Below, in pieces: positions 1 through 16,149 of a DNA stretch of 64,000 bases (within the stretch, counting starts at the first letter, position 1; each line of letters begins with the position of its first letter). Below the pieces are notes generated by a model. The model worked only from the letters and a program-made list of their open reading frames with translations. It searched no databases and was not told the DNA's origin. Origin of the DNA: Dicyema japonicum (lineage: Eukaryota; Animalia; Dicyemida); the NCBI GenBank assembly GCA_011109175.1, contig RDEW01000017.1, positions 124,001-188,000 of the forward strand, given 5' to 3'. The translations under genes and the position numbers were made by a program.

Positions 1-205
1 AGAAGAATGAATAGGAAGATGGAAGTGCATCTATCAAATATAAGTTAGATGTTGGAGATATTGTATTGTTAGTTGCTTATAGGTTCGTATTCAAAAAGAT
101 TATGGGACAAATCCTTCATAATTTTGTCAAAGTCGAAGATAGTGCTGGGTCTATTAAGAAAGTTCATTCACGACGACTAAAAAAATTAAAGACGACTTGA
201 AATAA
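1..205 (+). mobile_element. 3' end of an ORF resembling the SH3-like C-terminus of an LTR-retrotransposon integrase (partial)
   Basis: Frame reads YKLDVGDIVLL...KVHSRRLKKLKDDLK*, matching the GD.VL / VH..RLK pattern; judged by eye only. Confidence 0.3.
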
Positions 206-289
206 TAGTTAATTATGTAATAGATTTTTTTTAAATTTATTTTTTTATTTAAAACTGCCATCCATCCAAAGTGGAATGTAATATCTTAA

Positions 290-2436
290 TGATCTCTTCA
301 CACTGGCGTCATTCAACGTCCGTGGATTGAAAGAAAAATATAAAAGGAAGGATTTAATAAGTGACTTAACATCATCAAAGTCACTATATGCAGTATATAG
401 GAGACTAAAGTGAAGGATGCAGTTGAGGAGAATTACGGAGTGTAGACTTATACTACTAGACTCCGAATGCACCCACTACGGACTTGGCTTTGCTATACAT
501 CAATGTCTTGATTGGAGAATCCACAGAGTGTGGAGGGTGAATGAAAGAATTGCAGTACTCCAGATTAAGAGTGGGAGGACTGATAATTCCTTTATATCCA
601 TAATTAATGTCTACGCGCCCACAATGGCGAGGGTTTCTACAAATCCCGATGAACTTGATCTTTTTGTATGTCACTAACGGATACCATCTCTGATCTCAAA
701 GGCTCGTTTATGACTATTTTGTGTGGTGATTGGAATGCTAAAGTGGGACACTGTTTGTGAGAGAACCCTGTATGGGTAGACATGCCAGGGGAGGAGGAAT
801 ATGTCAGGAGAATCGCTCGTGCAATTTTGCAACATGTTTGACTACTTCATTTGTAATTCTTCATTCGACCACAATGCGAGGCATAAGACTACGTGGACTG
901 GACTCAGAAAGGATGGAAATGGTGACTATGTCCGGATATACAACCAGTGAGAAGACGCGTGAAGATTATTGTATGGCAATTAAGAAGGAGGTTGTGAACA
1001 TAAATATGGAAAATCCCCAGAGATGATTTGGAATGCTACTGTTGAGGGAATAAAGAAGGCAAGTTTCGACGTGCTTGGGGAAAAAAGGTCGGCAGGATTT
1101 AAAGGGGTCTCCGATCATTATCAATTAAACAAAAAAATTGCGGCTGAGTATGGAATCATGTAAAAATAATGATACTTACAAAGAGTTAAGAAGAGAACGA
1201 AATCGTATTGTCAAGGAGATTAGAAGGAGAAAGAAGGAAATTTATGTAAGAAAATTGACGAACGTGTCAGTGAAATTGAGAAGTTGTGATACGGAACACA
1301 AGTGTTTCGAGCAGTTCGTCTTTTGCAGGGGAAGTTCAACCTACGAAGATTTGTATTCACGACAGTCAAAAAGAAATGTATTGGAACATAATGAAAAATC
1401 TGAGATTATTGCCGAACATTTTTCAGGACCTTTGAATGAAAATGAAACCTTATACGTGGAGTCATTTGAGAAATCACCAAGAAGCCTGAATTACCGATAT
1501 CTACAGAGGAAACTAACCTGGCAATCATTAAATTAACAACAACAGGGCAGCGGGACCAGACAACATACATGGAGAAATGATCAAGTATGCACCAGGCGAA
1601 CTGACAACCTCATTACAAAGATTTTCAATGAGGTATTTGAGACGCATTCCCCCTGAAACTTGGTATGGAATTTTGATTCCTCTACATAAACCAGAAAAGA
1701 GCAAGGGACCGATAAAATTAGAACAAAATGTGAAGGATGCATGCCGATGGAGATTATATATGCATTTGACATAGATTTTGTGTCAGAAAATGATCTGGAA
1801 CTTGGACTTGCTTTAGAGAAAATCCCTGGAGAATTTAAGAATTGGTATCTGCGAGTTAATCAGGAAAAGACTGAACACATAGGATTCACAAGGGAATCAA
1901 AATATATTGATGAAAATTGGAGGAAAAAAAGGAAATTGGGATCCTTATATGGTGATAGTGAGGACATGATGTATAGAAGAGTTCTAGCCACTGCCATGTA
2001 TAAGAAATGCAAAAGATATAGAGTCGACGAAAACTAATAAAAACAAATCTAAGAATAAGACTATACAACGCATATATAAAACCGGTGCTTATGTACAACT
2101 CGGGTACATGGGGGGTCACAGAGCTAGAGCTCAAGAAAATGGATATAATTCATCGCAAACAATTACGCAATTTAATGGGCTTAGTTGGCCCAAGAAGATT
2201 TCAAACAAAAAATTATACTCTGTGGCACAATCGAGGCCAATATTGAATCAAGGTGGAGACTGTTCGGGCACGTGCTCAGAATGGAGATAAACGCCCCTGC
2301 AAATATAATAATGGACAATTACTTCAACAATGAGAACAAACCATCATTCAGAGGAAGACCCAGAGTCACTCTACCCGTGGCTCTGAACAAGGATCTTAAT
2401 GGGATTAGAAGAAATCTTAAATCTGCAGAAGACTAA
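290..2436 (+). mobile_element. RTE-clade non-LTR retrotransposon, degenerate (APE endonuclease plus internally deleted RT)
   Basis: FNVRGL, SIINVYAPT and GDWNAK (APE); AAGPD/MIKY and PLHKPEKSKGP; EIIYAFDIDFV; WRLFGHVLRM and RGRPRVTLP at the C-terminus. Many stops and frameshifts. Confidence 0.85.
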
Positions 2437-2469
2437 AAGATCTAAGGACAGATGCGCAAAGCAGAGAGC

Positions 2470-2660
2470 GATGCTTTCCTTCCAATGGCGTCACTGGATC
2501 CACCTTACTGAGGAGGCGCCCAATGCCTGGCCGGCATCAAGAGGATCCAACAATTCTTCCCCGGGGAAACGTCGTTACCTGGTGACAAGTTCTGGAATGC
2601 TGAACGAGTCAGGATCGAGGAGTTAGTTAGTTTGGCTACCCTTGGTCTTTGGAAATAATT
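2470..2660 (+). mobile_element. 5'-truncated LINE 3' tip, family A
   Basis: Homologous to 17400-17560, 25290-25545, 27380-27670(-) and 61045-61330(-); ends AGGATCGAGG-agttagttag...-CCTTGGTCTTTGGAAATAA plus an AT-rich tail. Confidence 0.75.
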
Positions 2661-2709
2661 TTAATTTTTTAATAAATAAAATTAGATATGACTTATTTAT
2701 ATAGAAATG

Positions 2710-2990
2710 TCATTCATCACCGGGATCGCGGTAAAGACATCATCCGCTGCAGAAAAGGCTAAAGGATATCAAGGGATCTCGAACGGTCCGCGTTCCGTGC
2801 GATAAAGCCTTTGTCCTTCCTCGAGAAGCTGGGATGTCCGTCCACACTCAGAAGCTAAGATGAAAAATTCAGGAACTCCCTCAATTGATCTCGACGATAA
2901 AGTCGGTGGGGATTGATAGAACTTAATTAGGAATGGCGTTAATTTCGGTGCCAAAAACACCTGTCTTAGAGTCCCCCGGTGTAGAACTAA
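2710..2990 (-). mobile_element. Probable LINE 3' fragment
   Basis: Orphan ORF ending CGRTSQLLEEGQRLYRTERGPFEIP* followed by an AT-rich tail, in a TE-dense context. Confidence 0.35.
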
Positions 2991-3227
2991 GAAGCGAACA
3001 GGAATCAGTAATTATTCACAACATTTCAAATTTTATCGATCGAAATGATAATTCATCCCAAATATTCATTCTTGTGGATTATTTCGAAGCAAAACTTTGA
3101 AAATTGATTTTTGCAGTAAAAAAAGGTTAAACTAACATATGCACTATAATTGAATATTGACACGTTCTATTACGCACATATTTGGCCTGGATTTGAAATA
3201 AATAAATAATTCACCGACCACTGCATA

Positions 3228-4498
<1,271 letters not shown>

Positions 4499-4619
4499 GA
4501 TTTTACTCCACAAAGCCTAAGTTATTAATTTGGCAATTCAATAAAAATTATTTTATTTAACGATTTTTGATTGTTTCAAATAATTATTTAATTAAAAAAT
4601 TAAAGATAATTATTTAATA

Positions 4620-4818
4620 AATTGCCCCCAGAACACTCGAGTCTATCATAGAGGCAATTTCCGAATAGGAGGCAAAAAAGATTCCCGTTCGTATAGAAAA
4701 TGTGTGGGGTCACGGTCGGAGCATCGAGAAAAGATGACCCGATTATTGAGAGATGCCGGGATCACCTGAATATTATTTATTGGTTAAGACGGTGTTTCTT
4801 TGGCTTAAATAATAATAA
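4620..4818 (+). mobile_element. LINE 3' tip, family B (close copy of 50460-50668)
   Basis: ...RKCVGSRSEHREKMTRLLRDAGIT*, the same 3'UTR as at 50617, and a (TAA)n tail. Confidence 0.85.
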
Positions 4819-4899
4819 CCTCGCATACACGAGAAGTAAAAGTAAACAACTACTTAAGTGTATCCAGTTTCCACTTTTATAGAAACAGAGTCCATCCGG

Positions 4900-7240
4900 A
4901 ATCAGCACAAAGGGTAAAAGACGTCCATTACTTGCATTGTGGAAACCCCTCCAGTTGAGTGGGGGAGAGCAAATGATCCTTTTTCGTGCCAGCCTGATAG
5001 GACGGAAAGAGGAGGAACAGACAAAAACAGAAAACTTCAACAAATTAGCAACTTAACACCACATGGCGCCACGCGGCGAAAAATAATTATTCTACGGAAA
5101 GAACTGAACAATTATTGGATGTAACAGATTCACACCATCTGAACACTTCCACTGGGAATCCACCATATTCCTAGTGGAGGATCACCTCCGCATGAGGAAC
5201 TTCCAATTTTAAACAAAACCATGGAACCGAATCACTCTTGCCACTTCTGTCGTATGATAATCCCTACCTGATCGTATCCAACGCCAAGAGAAAAGAGGAG
5301 AGCGAGTGGAATAAACTCACGGATACCTTATCAACATAATACCTCTAAGAATATGGCAAACTCTCCGACGTTTTTCCAATCCCGGCTAGACTTTCTCCAA
5401 CGATTACCAGACGGACAAGACCCAGCTGAACAGGATTATGAAATACTTAGCTTCCGTCAACTTCAACCCTTTAGGTACAAAACGATCAAACCCAAAAATG
5501 TTCATCCTTCCAACAAGGATTTGAGGAAGGCCTCTCCTCGATAACCCACCTCACATTTCTATCAAAATTCATCTCAGAGGGTCTTTAACGGAAATCCCGT
5601 CATCATATCTGTCGACATTCAAAAAGCGTTCAACAAGGTCCTAAGAAAAATTCTGACCACGAAGATCTTTGCCTCGGAAGCTTTGGATTGCAAATTCCCT
5701 GAGTGGTCGAAGAGGAAGAATTATAACATGCTCGGCCGAATCCATAACAAGATTCCTACCAAACGGAGTACCACGAGGCTCACTACCACCTATTCCGTTC
5801 AACCTCTTACCAGCGATAACACACTAGTTCTCAAATATGTTGACTACATAATCGCCGTATCAAAGTACAATTGTGTTAAGACAGCCTCTGGTCGACTGCA
5901 AGACTTACTATACCATTTCAGGTTTAAAGTGGGTCTTACCAAAAGCAAAGTGGAACAATAAAATTATTTAATAAACCATGTCATCATTATTTAACACCGA
6001 TTGGGCCAACCTCTGAATTCTAGCAATTACGGTGTTGCATTAAGATGGAGTGATTATACATAATAGAATGGTACGCGAGGGAATTACATCAAAACTTTTG
6101 GAAAAGCTGATTCTTGAACTAATCAAACCATACCTTCCTGATGCACCTTTTCTACACGGATTCAGAAGAGGACACTCCACAGAAACGCATCTTACATGCC
6201 TTACAAATTTCATCAAGGATGGACAAAGCGCAAACCTCATCAGAAGTCATTGATATGCCCCATCGATATAGAAAAAGCTTTCGACACTGTCCCAAGAAAG
6301 CTTTTGACAAGGAAGATCTTCACGTCAAAAATTCCAAACAACCTGAAAATCTGGATCCTAATTTCCTAAATGGAAGAAGAGGAAGAGTGACTGCTGGAAA
6401 AACTAGATCGGTGATCAAGTTCCTTCCAAATGGGGTCCCTCAAGGATCTCCACTGTCACCACATCTATTCAACCTATTCTTAAATGATATGCCCTCCCTT
6501 ACCAGTGACGATACTCTGATTATGACATATGCGGATGATACAATCGTCGCAGTCAAAGACCATTGCGTTAATACTGCTGTTACCGGATACAAGCTTCATT
6601 GGACGATCTGAACTGCTGGCTCGTTAAGAACATTCTACATACAAGTCCCGAAAAGTCTTATACAACAATTTTCACAACAAACAGAAGATTGACAAACTCC
6701 GCTCCATGTGTAACCATAAATGGAAACTCAATCTCCACGACCAACTCGGTCAAGATACTGGGCGTAACTTACGACCCACTCTTGACCTTCAGCAAACACA
6801 TCGACAACGTCATCTCCTCGGCACAACGAAAGCTAAATTTTGTTAAAACACTCCTTGGACAATATAATGGGTGTTTCAACTCTTTGGACTCGCTCTACGT
6901 GCAGTATATTCAACCGTCTCTAACTTACGGGTGTGCTGCATAGGGAACCAACCTATCAAACAGGAATATAGAAAAAATCAATACCTTCCAAAAAAAGGCC
7001 AGTAAGGCTTTGCAAAGGTTTTCTTGGACACCTCTAAACTTTACACCTTTTGAGGAACTAGTGAGGAAAACCGGAGCCATACTATTCTCCAAAAAAGTTA
7101 GAAACCCCCGCCCAATCCGGAAATGCGTTGGAACCCGAAAAGAACACCGATCAAGAATGAGATGGCTACTCAAGAACTTTAAAGATTATTTTTATCTGAG
7201 AACTCAAAGATCACGACGAAAGATTAAAAAACACTAATTA
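4900..7240 (+). mobile_element. Nested jockey/I-like LINE remnants (APE remnant plus two RT segments)
   Basis: ISVDIQKAF (about 5600); HGFRRGHSTETHL, IDIEKAFD, NGVPQGSPLSPHLFNLFL, YADD, VKILGVTYD; C-terminus KCVGTRKEHRSRMRWLL. Confidence 0.85.
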
Positions 7241-7817
7241 AGTGATCACAGTTTCATTAATTATCGGAACCTCTTTACGTGGACTTCTAAAGTCCCAACT
7301 GTAAAACGGTAAGTGTTCTCCTTTATACCCTATCGACGTTCCTCTTCTCAAGCAATCGCATAGCCCAAACGGCTTCCTGTTTCTTTGAGAAATACAGGAA
7401 ACCACGGACATGGTTTCTCGTGGAGAACTTTAAGGATGAAAGTGACTAATTGCTATGAAGATCATCTTGGACTAGTAATGGTAAAATGGGCATTATTATT
7501 AATTGTCAGCCATTTTGCAGAGTAGTAGTGATTTTTCGATTACTTTGACTTCCGCTTATGCAGGACACCTTTTATTTAAGAAAGTAAGAACAGCTGTTCT
7601 AATTAATCGAGAACTGAGACCAAAACATGAGAGCGTCATTAACTTCTATTCACCTGCTTGTAATGGCAATTATAACACAGCACGATCATACAAATTTTTA
7701 GAGCAAAAGAAAAATTTCGTGATTAATAATCAGATTAGATAATTAATTTTTTATTTTATTAATTTTAGAAGTTTAAATTGAATTTATTGATATAAATTCA
7801 AATTTCAATCTTGGTGT

Positions 7818-9668
<1,851 letters not shown>

Positions 9669-10774
9669 AAATGCTTGTATGATTTTCTATTGCGTAATTT
9701 TACCGTTATTTTAATAAAAATAAACTTTAATTTTATTTTTTGTCAGTATTCTCTTACACTGAAATTCATGGACAAAACTTTATTGGAACAACTCCTTTGG
9801 TGGACGTCAGAGATATATTGAGGATTATCCCTTATTTGGCGTGTTTGTAGGGTACATCTCTTCTTTGATTTTAGTATGGTCGTTCAGGTTCTTGTGTTAT
9901 CGTATATAGACAGGTTGAGAACTTGGAGATTATTTGTCAAGGATAGAAAGAGTCCTAACTGCAAACCAGAATGACGGAAGCAGTCCCATTAAGTCCTCAC
10001 AGAAAACCAGAATGACTGAAGCAGTCCATTTTTAAAAGTTTTTACTTTAAATTAAGCAATGAAAACATTTCACTACAACGAGTTAGTCAACTTCTTAAGT
10101 CATCGAACTTGGCATCAGAACAGCTGTCTTAGAAACTGGAAGAATATATTAAAGAAAAATCTGGAGATGAGGTAGAATAATGTTGATGTTCGACTATAGT
10201 TAGTTAAGTAACCCCACCTCAATAACTTTTAAGAGACTGGCGGCTATTAAGTAGGACTCAGGAAGTCTGGCTATGATTGCAGTCAGTATGGCTGTGATTG
10301 TATAGCATTGAAATCAACCTAGGTAGTTACCTATATTTATTTACCCCCAGTCCCTTAAGTGGAGGATACTTATGGAATACAGGAACATAATGGCCAAAAC
10401 CGTATGGATTTTGTGTGGTGGGAGATCCGGGACGAAAAACATAAGTATCAAGAGACAGTACGCGTTGCTGTGGACTATGGCGTTCGAACACCATCTCCGT
10501 TCATGGAGGTCTCTGAGTCGCGTCAACACTGACTGATATCAACAACCATACAATCATGGTGATCAAAGTTATGTACATACAAGGATCAGACCAAATGACA
10601 TTATTAAACGTGATCTTGGAGTTGGTTCATCATCGAACCTATTGGACTTGATCGGGGACTGGGAGAGACTAGTAAATTACAATACCTTGGAAGGATTGTT
10701 AAGAAGAAATCGTTCAAAGATCATATCAGAGGCCGAAGAAAGAAACCAATGACTATATTAAGACCCCACTTTTA

Positions 10775-10950
10775 TTTTATTCGGAGACTTCTGTTTGTAT
10801 ATGAACTGTTCAGAACATCGAGTTTCTTATGTCCCCCGAGTTGTTCTCTTTCCACACTCACAAGAAGACGCGGGATTTATCCATAATGAGCAAAGTCGTG
10901 TCCTCACAATCCGTTTTGATGTAAAAGGGGTTACTCAACGAAGAAGAGGA
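10775..10950 (-). repeat. LINE 3' fragment with a CECG...H knuckle-like motif and poly(A)-like tail; second copy at 19795-19978
   Basis: About 175-bp direct repeat of roughly 90% identity by eye; the minus strand reads SSCECGKE..GGH and ends AATAAAATAAAA. Confidence 0.65.
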
Positions 10951-11623
10951 TAGTCAAAATGACAAAATCCTTAGACCAAATAATCGCACTCAAAGAAATT
11001 GATGAACACGAAGATTTCCCATTAGAGGACCTGGATCAACTGAAAATCAAACTGGACTACATTAGTGCCAAATTCAAGGACAACACGATTGATGATGTCA
11101 TTGCTGGGTTGAGACTAAGAGACGGCGTACTAAAATAGACAGAAAATTTGAAATTCTCCCAAGAGCAGGTCCAGGAGCCAATCCAAAGATTCCTTAATAA
11201 GGGTTCACTTGACATTTTCGCACGTGAAATGCAGAAGAGACATAAAAACTAGGGGGAACTTATAAAGAAATCCAACACTGACAAACAAGACTCTGAAAAT
11301 ACAACTTGGTGGATAAAATTATCCCCAAAATGGAGCAGATGATAACAAATCTGAACCACGTGGTTAAAACTGCAGCAAAGATGAAACGGAAAGGTTAGAA
11401 AACGAATATTCCCGCCTCCAAAGGAAAAGGTCCATTATGAAGAAAAAAGTCGATGATTTGATGGACAGAAATAAAGAAACTGAACAGAAATTGGCAAATC
11501 TCTGAATTTGCGGATAATTTTGATTCAAGCATCCGAAAACTAAAGCCAGCAAGGCCCCGATAAGTCCCTCAAGGACAATATTGAGAACTTGCAAGTACCT
11601 TGATTTTATAGAAGGAACTAATT

Positions 11624-11696
11624 TTTTTATTAAAAAAATTTATTAACAATAAAATATTATTTATTAACTATTGGGGAGAGCGGCTGCTGACATCAC
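11624..11696 (-). mobile_element. 73-bp retro-insertion (CRE-like 3' tip) with 13-bp TSD
   Basis: GAAGGAACTAATT at 11611-11623 and again at 11697-11709; the insert contains GCAGCCGCT, as in the CRE tips at 15890 and 46325, plus an AT-rich tail. Confidence 0.7.
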
Positions 11697-14658
11697 GAAG
11701 GAACTAATTGACATTGACAAACTGAAAACTCAAACGGATAAGTCTGAAGCTCTATTAACGTCGATGAGGGACAGAATCAAGACCTCTGACTAAGATGAAC
11801 TCAGTGACAAGTTGAGCACACTGACTGCACGTGCCGTCGATTTTAAAACTTAACGGGATTATCAATAGACTTAACAAATTGGAGTTTGTGAAGACTAAAA
11901 TTGCCGAATCTAAAAAAATTCGCCGAAAAGATTAAATCCGAGTCTTCCGAATTGCCATCAAACATGCCGAGTCGCAAGGAACTGAGGACGAATGTTGTGT
12001 TGATGAAAGTAGTCTTGCTGTTTGATAAATTAGGGTCGATTATTGGATATTATCGAGGATGAAAGGGAGTTGGAGAGCAATTTTCTGCCGAATTTTATAA
12101 ATTCAGGGTTATTACAGAAAATGCAATTTCTGGTACCGAAAGAGGCATGGGTGGGGACACACTAAAGGTATATGAAATCTGAGGATTTTTGGATGGGATG
12201 ACTCCAGTTTATGGGAGAATACTATTTGAGACAAAAAATGTGCAGAATTGTTGGAGATGACTCAGTCTGGGCTGAAAAAGTTCCGGGATCAAATCTCTGA
12301 ATTCTAAACAATTAAAGATAATGAGAAAAGCTTGGAGGCTGAGTTGAAGAAAATTTCCGATTGGCTCAAAGTTGTTGAGCAGAAGTTGACTAATTTTTCC
12401 ACTTGTAAGGTTTCAGATTTGATCACTCCTCTCTGCCAGTTTAAGGTGAATGGACATAAATCATTCTATAGCTCCTTACTCTGAAAATGAGTGAAAAACA
12501 GAGATACTTGTCATTGCTAGAAGAAAAGCTTAAATTCACAAAATTCTCAGAGTTAAAGAAAAAATTTGACAAATTTTCCATTCAACTTTTTGAAAATTTA
12601 AATTTAAGCGGGAAATTACAAAATTTGTTGTTGTGGCAAAAAATATTTATCATTTAAAAAACATTTTTTGGTAATAAATGTGACTAGTATTCTAGGACAA
12701 AAAGTTAACTGTGGAAAACACAAATCCCAACTTCCAGCAAAACTCAATTAAATCTGAATGCCGGATATTTGGACGATTTTGAACATTCTGTTAATAAATG
12801 GGATGAAACATGCTGAGATTAATAAGAAAAAAGCACCTTATCGATTTTGTCAGAAAAGACTTTAGAGACAAAATAGATCAAAGAATGACTAAACTTTCCG
12901 AAATAACATACATTCAGAAAAATCTTACTAACAAAATAAGAATTTGCAATTTAATGCGGGAAATTTTGCAGAAAGGATATCCCTTTGTGTTCCAAAATTC
13001 TCAGCTTGGAGGTACTGAAGGAATCGATTAATTCATTGACGGTAGGGCATACACAAATATAAAAGGAGTTAGATGTTAGTTCAGAATTGGCTGAAGTTGA
13101 TAAGCTGACTTGGTGAGGATCAAGAAAATGGGCAAATTGTTCCTAGTTCAGGTGGAATCAACTCTGGGGGTACTAAAGAGCCAATTCTCCCACAAAAGCA
13201 ATGAAAAAAACAAAATGGAGACTGATTTAATACAGACTGTTAAACTCTGGGAGGAAGCAAAACAAGTGAAGGGGATAATTGATGAAAATTTCCCATTTTT
13301 CGCTGAGTTGAAGTAAACAAAATGTCAAATTCCGGCAATTTCAAGGCTTTGGGGAAATTTTTATCGGTTCGCATACTATTTATGAGTTTATAGAGAAATT
13401 ACAGATGTGTTAATAACGTGGAACAGTTGGACGAAATTAACATCCAATCAGGGACTTTTTTTGGTAGGCATAAGCTAAATTCTTCTCCCTTCGTAGGATA
13501 TTCACAGGAAATGAAGAAAAAATCCCAAAGTGAGCGAGCTGTTTGATTGATATTAATATTTGGCAGAAACTCGATATTGTCAATTCAAAAATATCTAAGA
13601 CTGTAAAACTGAGGGACACATTTATGAGGAACGACAAATGGCTGGAAAGACAAGTCAGGAGTACAGACAAGTGCTGGACTATTTTCCTCACTGTGAAAGC
13701 GACCGAAAAGATCAACCAATTAAAGGTAGTAGCGACAATAAGGGCAGAAATTTGATAACAAGGTCAGTCTTTACTGTACGAACACTATGAGGGAGCATGG
13801 CGCATACTACGAGGAGTTTAAGAAGCTCAAATTTGGTTGGAGAAGTCTTGCAGAGTTTATCGACAAATTCTATAAAAAAACTCAATAAATTTAGAGAAAA
13901 TATCAAAGTCTTATTTATAAGGAATTATTAGGAACAAACAGAGAGGGAAATCTCCGAGATGAATGCATGTGATGGGTTTAGTCATGCAGCAAGAAAACTT
14001 TCAAATATTATCGATCGGTTACAAGTCTCTTAAATATGGAACAACATGGTGATACTTAACTTGAGTCCATTTTCTACCAAAAATTACTCAATGTCTTATC
14101 AATGACACAGTAAAGGTAACAATTTAATAATCAGCATAAGTGGAAACATCACTTGATTATAGAAAAAAAATTACGACTAACTACCAGTCCTTCTCACGTG
14201 TCTTCGTTTTCACCCCTAACAAAGATTTAGGTCATTTGCTCCTTATTAGCCTCTTGCACGGTAGGAAACAGAAGAGACCTCTACGTCGTGAGTCAAGGGA
14301 CACTTTGGGCACAGTTGTTAGTATGAGCAATGATTTTGATTAATTGACTATTATTAGCTTCTCAGTCAGCAAGTAGCACAGGAAGACTTGTTAGTGGTGC
14401 ATCAATGAAGAAACTTTCGATGGTTCTCTAGAGCACACGTGCCTGTAATAATACGTGGGCGTTTAAAACCAATTACCCAAGTTCGGACAGTATGTAAGCA
14501 CAATGAACAACGTGGAAAGCTAAAAGCACATTAAATTAATTTTTTTATCTGAAATTATCTGATTTATTATTTATTTTAATAATTTATAAAAATATTATAT
14601 GGAAATTAAATAAATAATCTTGGTTTTAAATAAATACATTTATAGTTGTTGGTCGTTA

Positions 14659-15251
14659 ATGCCAGTAGCATAATTATCATAAATCTTTAGGCTTTCAATT
14701 GTCCAGTGAAGCATGAGGAAGATCCATTGGAGACACTGCCATATTGCCCATAAAGAGCACAGTTCGAGGTCCTGCTCCACTGATATGTTGTGTTCTGTAA
14801 AAAATTTAGCTGATAAAAACGAGGATGACATAATCGACGTGGCCATTGCTTACTTCCGACCAAATGTCTTGCACAAACTCTACGAGATTGAGAGCCACTC
14901 GGACAGGACTTTCATATACCTTATTTTATACATCTCAGAATGCTTGAAAATAATCGCTAAATCTAAAGATAAATCTACTGCATTGAAAAATATGCAGTCG
15001 AAAGCAGTGGGGTCCTTTTCTATTCCTGGAGACAGCCGTTTCCCCCTCAATTCCGTATACAAAACTCCCAGTTCTTCCGAAAAACAGGAATATCGTGAGT
15101 ATTTAACCCAACTGAGGGTTGAAACTGGCACTAGAATTGCTGAGGTTGTCTATAAGCAGTCGAATGAGCCTTCAAAGGTATTATTACCTTTTCACTGCAG
15201 CATTGGGTTGCTTTCTCAAAAAGGAAGTTTATGGATAAGGAAATTGATTAA
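14659..15251 (+). CDS. ARPC3: Arp2/3 complex subunit 3 (p21-Arc); introns 14665-14690, 14787-14809, 15178-15200
   Basis: MP|A..., IGDTAILPIKSTVRGPAP, DIIDVAIAYFRPNV, DRTFIYLILYISECLK, FSIPGDSRFPLN, YLTQLRVETG, PSK|HWVAFSKRKFMDK. One frameshift near 14720. Confidence 0.92.
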
Positions 15252-15344
15252 ATTTACTAATATGGAATTACTAATCGGTTTTGACCTTTTTATTGGATTT
15301 TGTGATAAAGAATTATTTTTATCTTAGAATTGTTGATTTTTGCC

Positions 15345-15470
15345 ATAAGCCCAGCACAAACAGTCATAACTAATTAATCCAAGGAAGGAACCCAAGGAGA
15401 ACGCCCGATTGTGTCGACAGAATCCACCCTCCAATAGTCCAGAGAGCGGAGAAGTAATTCCGCCATCTTA
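15345..15470 (-). mobile_element. SINE 3' fragment (family of 46754-47200)
   Basis: AGCCCAGCACAAACAGTCATAACTAATTAATCCAAGGAAGGAACC is shared with 45900-45950. Confidence 0.75.
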
Positions 15471-15593
15471 CATTTTCATTGCTCGTCCTATCGTTTAGAA
15501 ATCACTTCATTCTTCGGTGGAAGATTTTTTCATAATGGTAATCTTCACCATTATTATTTGAAACTGAACTACTCATCGGAGCTGGCTCTAAGG

Positions 15594-15830
15594 CAGAAGT
15601 TTTCAGAAAATAATTCTCGAGGCACACACTAATCGTAAAAAATAATCCACGGCACACATTAAAAATAAAAAAATGAAATACACTTAAAAATATTTAAAAA
15701 TTATAACCCAATCGAATTTTTCAATTTTTAGGTCTGGAAAATAGGCATCAATTTTGTTTTCCAAAATTATTAAATGTCCATTAATCAGTCCTTGTATTGC
15801 TTCACTAAAATATAAAATAAATCATTAGCT
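15594..15830. mobile_element. hAT/Buster left end only (homologous to the 43475 end)
   Basis: CAGAAGTTTTCAGAAAATAATTCTCGAGGCACAC..., preceded by ctcTAagg; no right TIR found. Confidence 0.65.
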
Positions 15831-15910
15831 GCTGGTTATTTGAACGAATCTCCCTCGCCATCCTGAGAGAGAATAGCCACGCGGTCAGGGCAGCCGCTAT
15901 ATGACCGTTT
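15830..15910 (+). mobile_element. CRE-clade retrotransposon 3' tip
   Basis: CWLFERISLAILRENSHAVRAAAI*, matching the RISxAIxRGN end of the CRE restriction-like endonuclease. Confidence 0.65.
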
Positions 15911-16149
15911 ACTCTCATTAGTAAAATATTATTGAAATAATCAATCATATCGTGAACATGTCAATTGCTCGAGTATTTGTTAAGAGGCTTACATAACAAG
16001 TATTGTTCTGTAATTTTCCCAAAATAGACAAATCGTATATTTGCCAACAATGTGCAATTCAGAAGTGTATGTGGATTCAAGTTGTAATGAAAAATGAATT
16101 TTCTTAATAGAAAATAAGACATTGTTTTCAATATTCTCCGACGAGAAAC

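Larger units (their letters stand above)
10070..14100 (+). pseudogene. Large coiled-coil/spectrin-repeat-like gene (nesprin/dystrophin-like), disrupted
   Basis: Helical segments such as SLEAELKKISDWLKVVEQKL, DDFEHSVNKWDE and TFMRNDKWLERQ; tiny introns; in-frame TAG/TAA stops, frameshifts and TE insertions (10340-10950, 11624-11696). Confidence 0.5.

Noticed and set aside
9760-9960. Possible exon pair (HGQNFIGTTPLVDVRDILRIIPYL)
   Set aside because: I could not assign it to a family or link it to neighbouring genes.
9952-10031. Two tandem units of about 40 bp (possible CRISPR or snoRNA)
   Set aside because: Only two imperfect units with no spacers, cas genes or C/D boxes; a simple local duplication.
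10070-14100. Alternative genetic code (TAR = Gln)
   Set aside because: DDX41, NIPP1 and RPS14 end in TAG and MAPKAPK2 and ARPC3 end in TAA at the expected positions.
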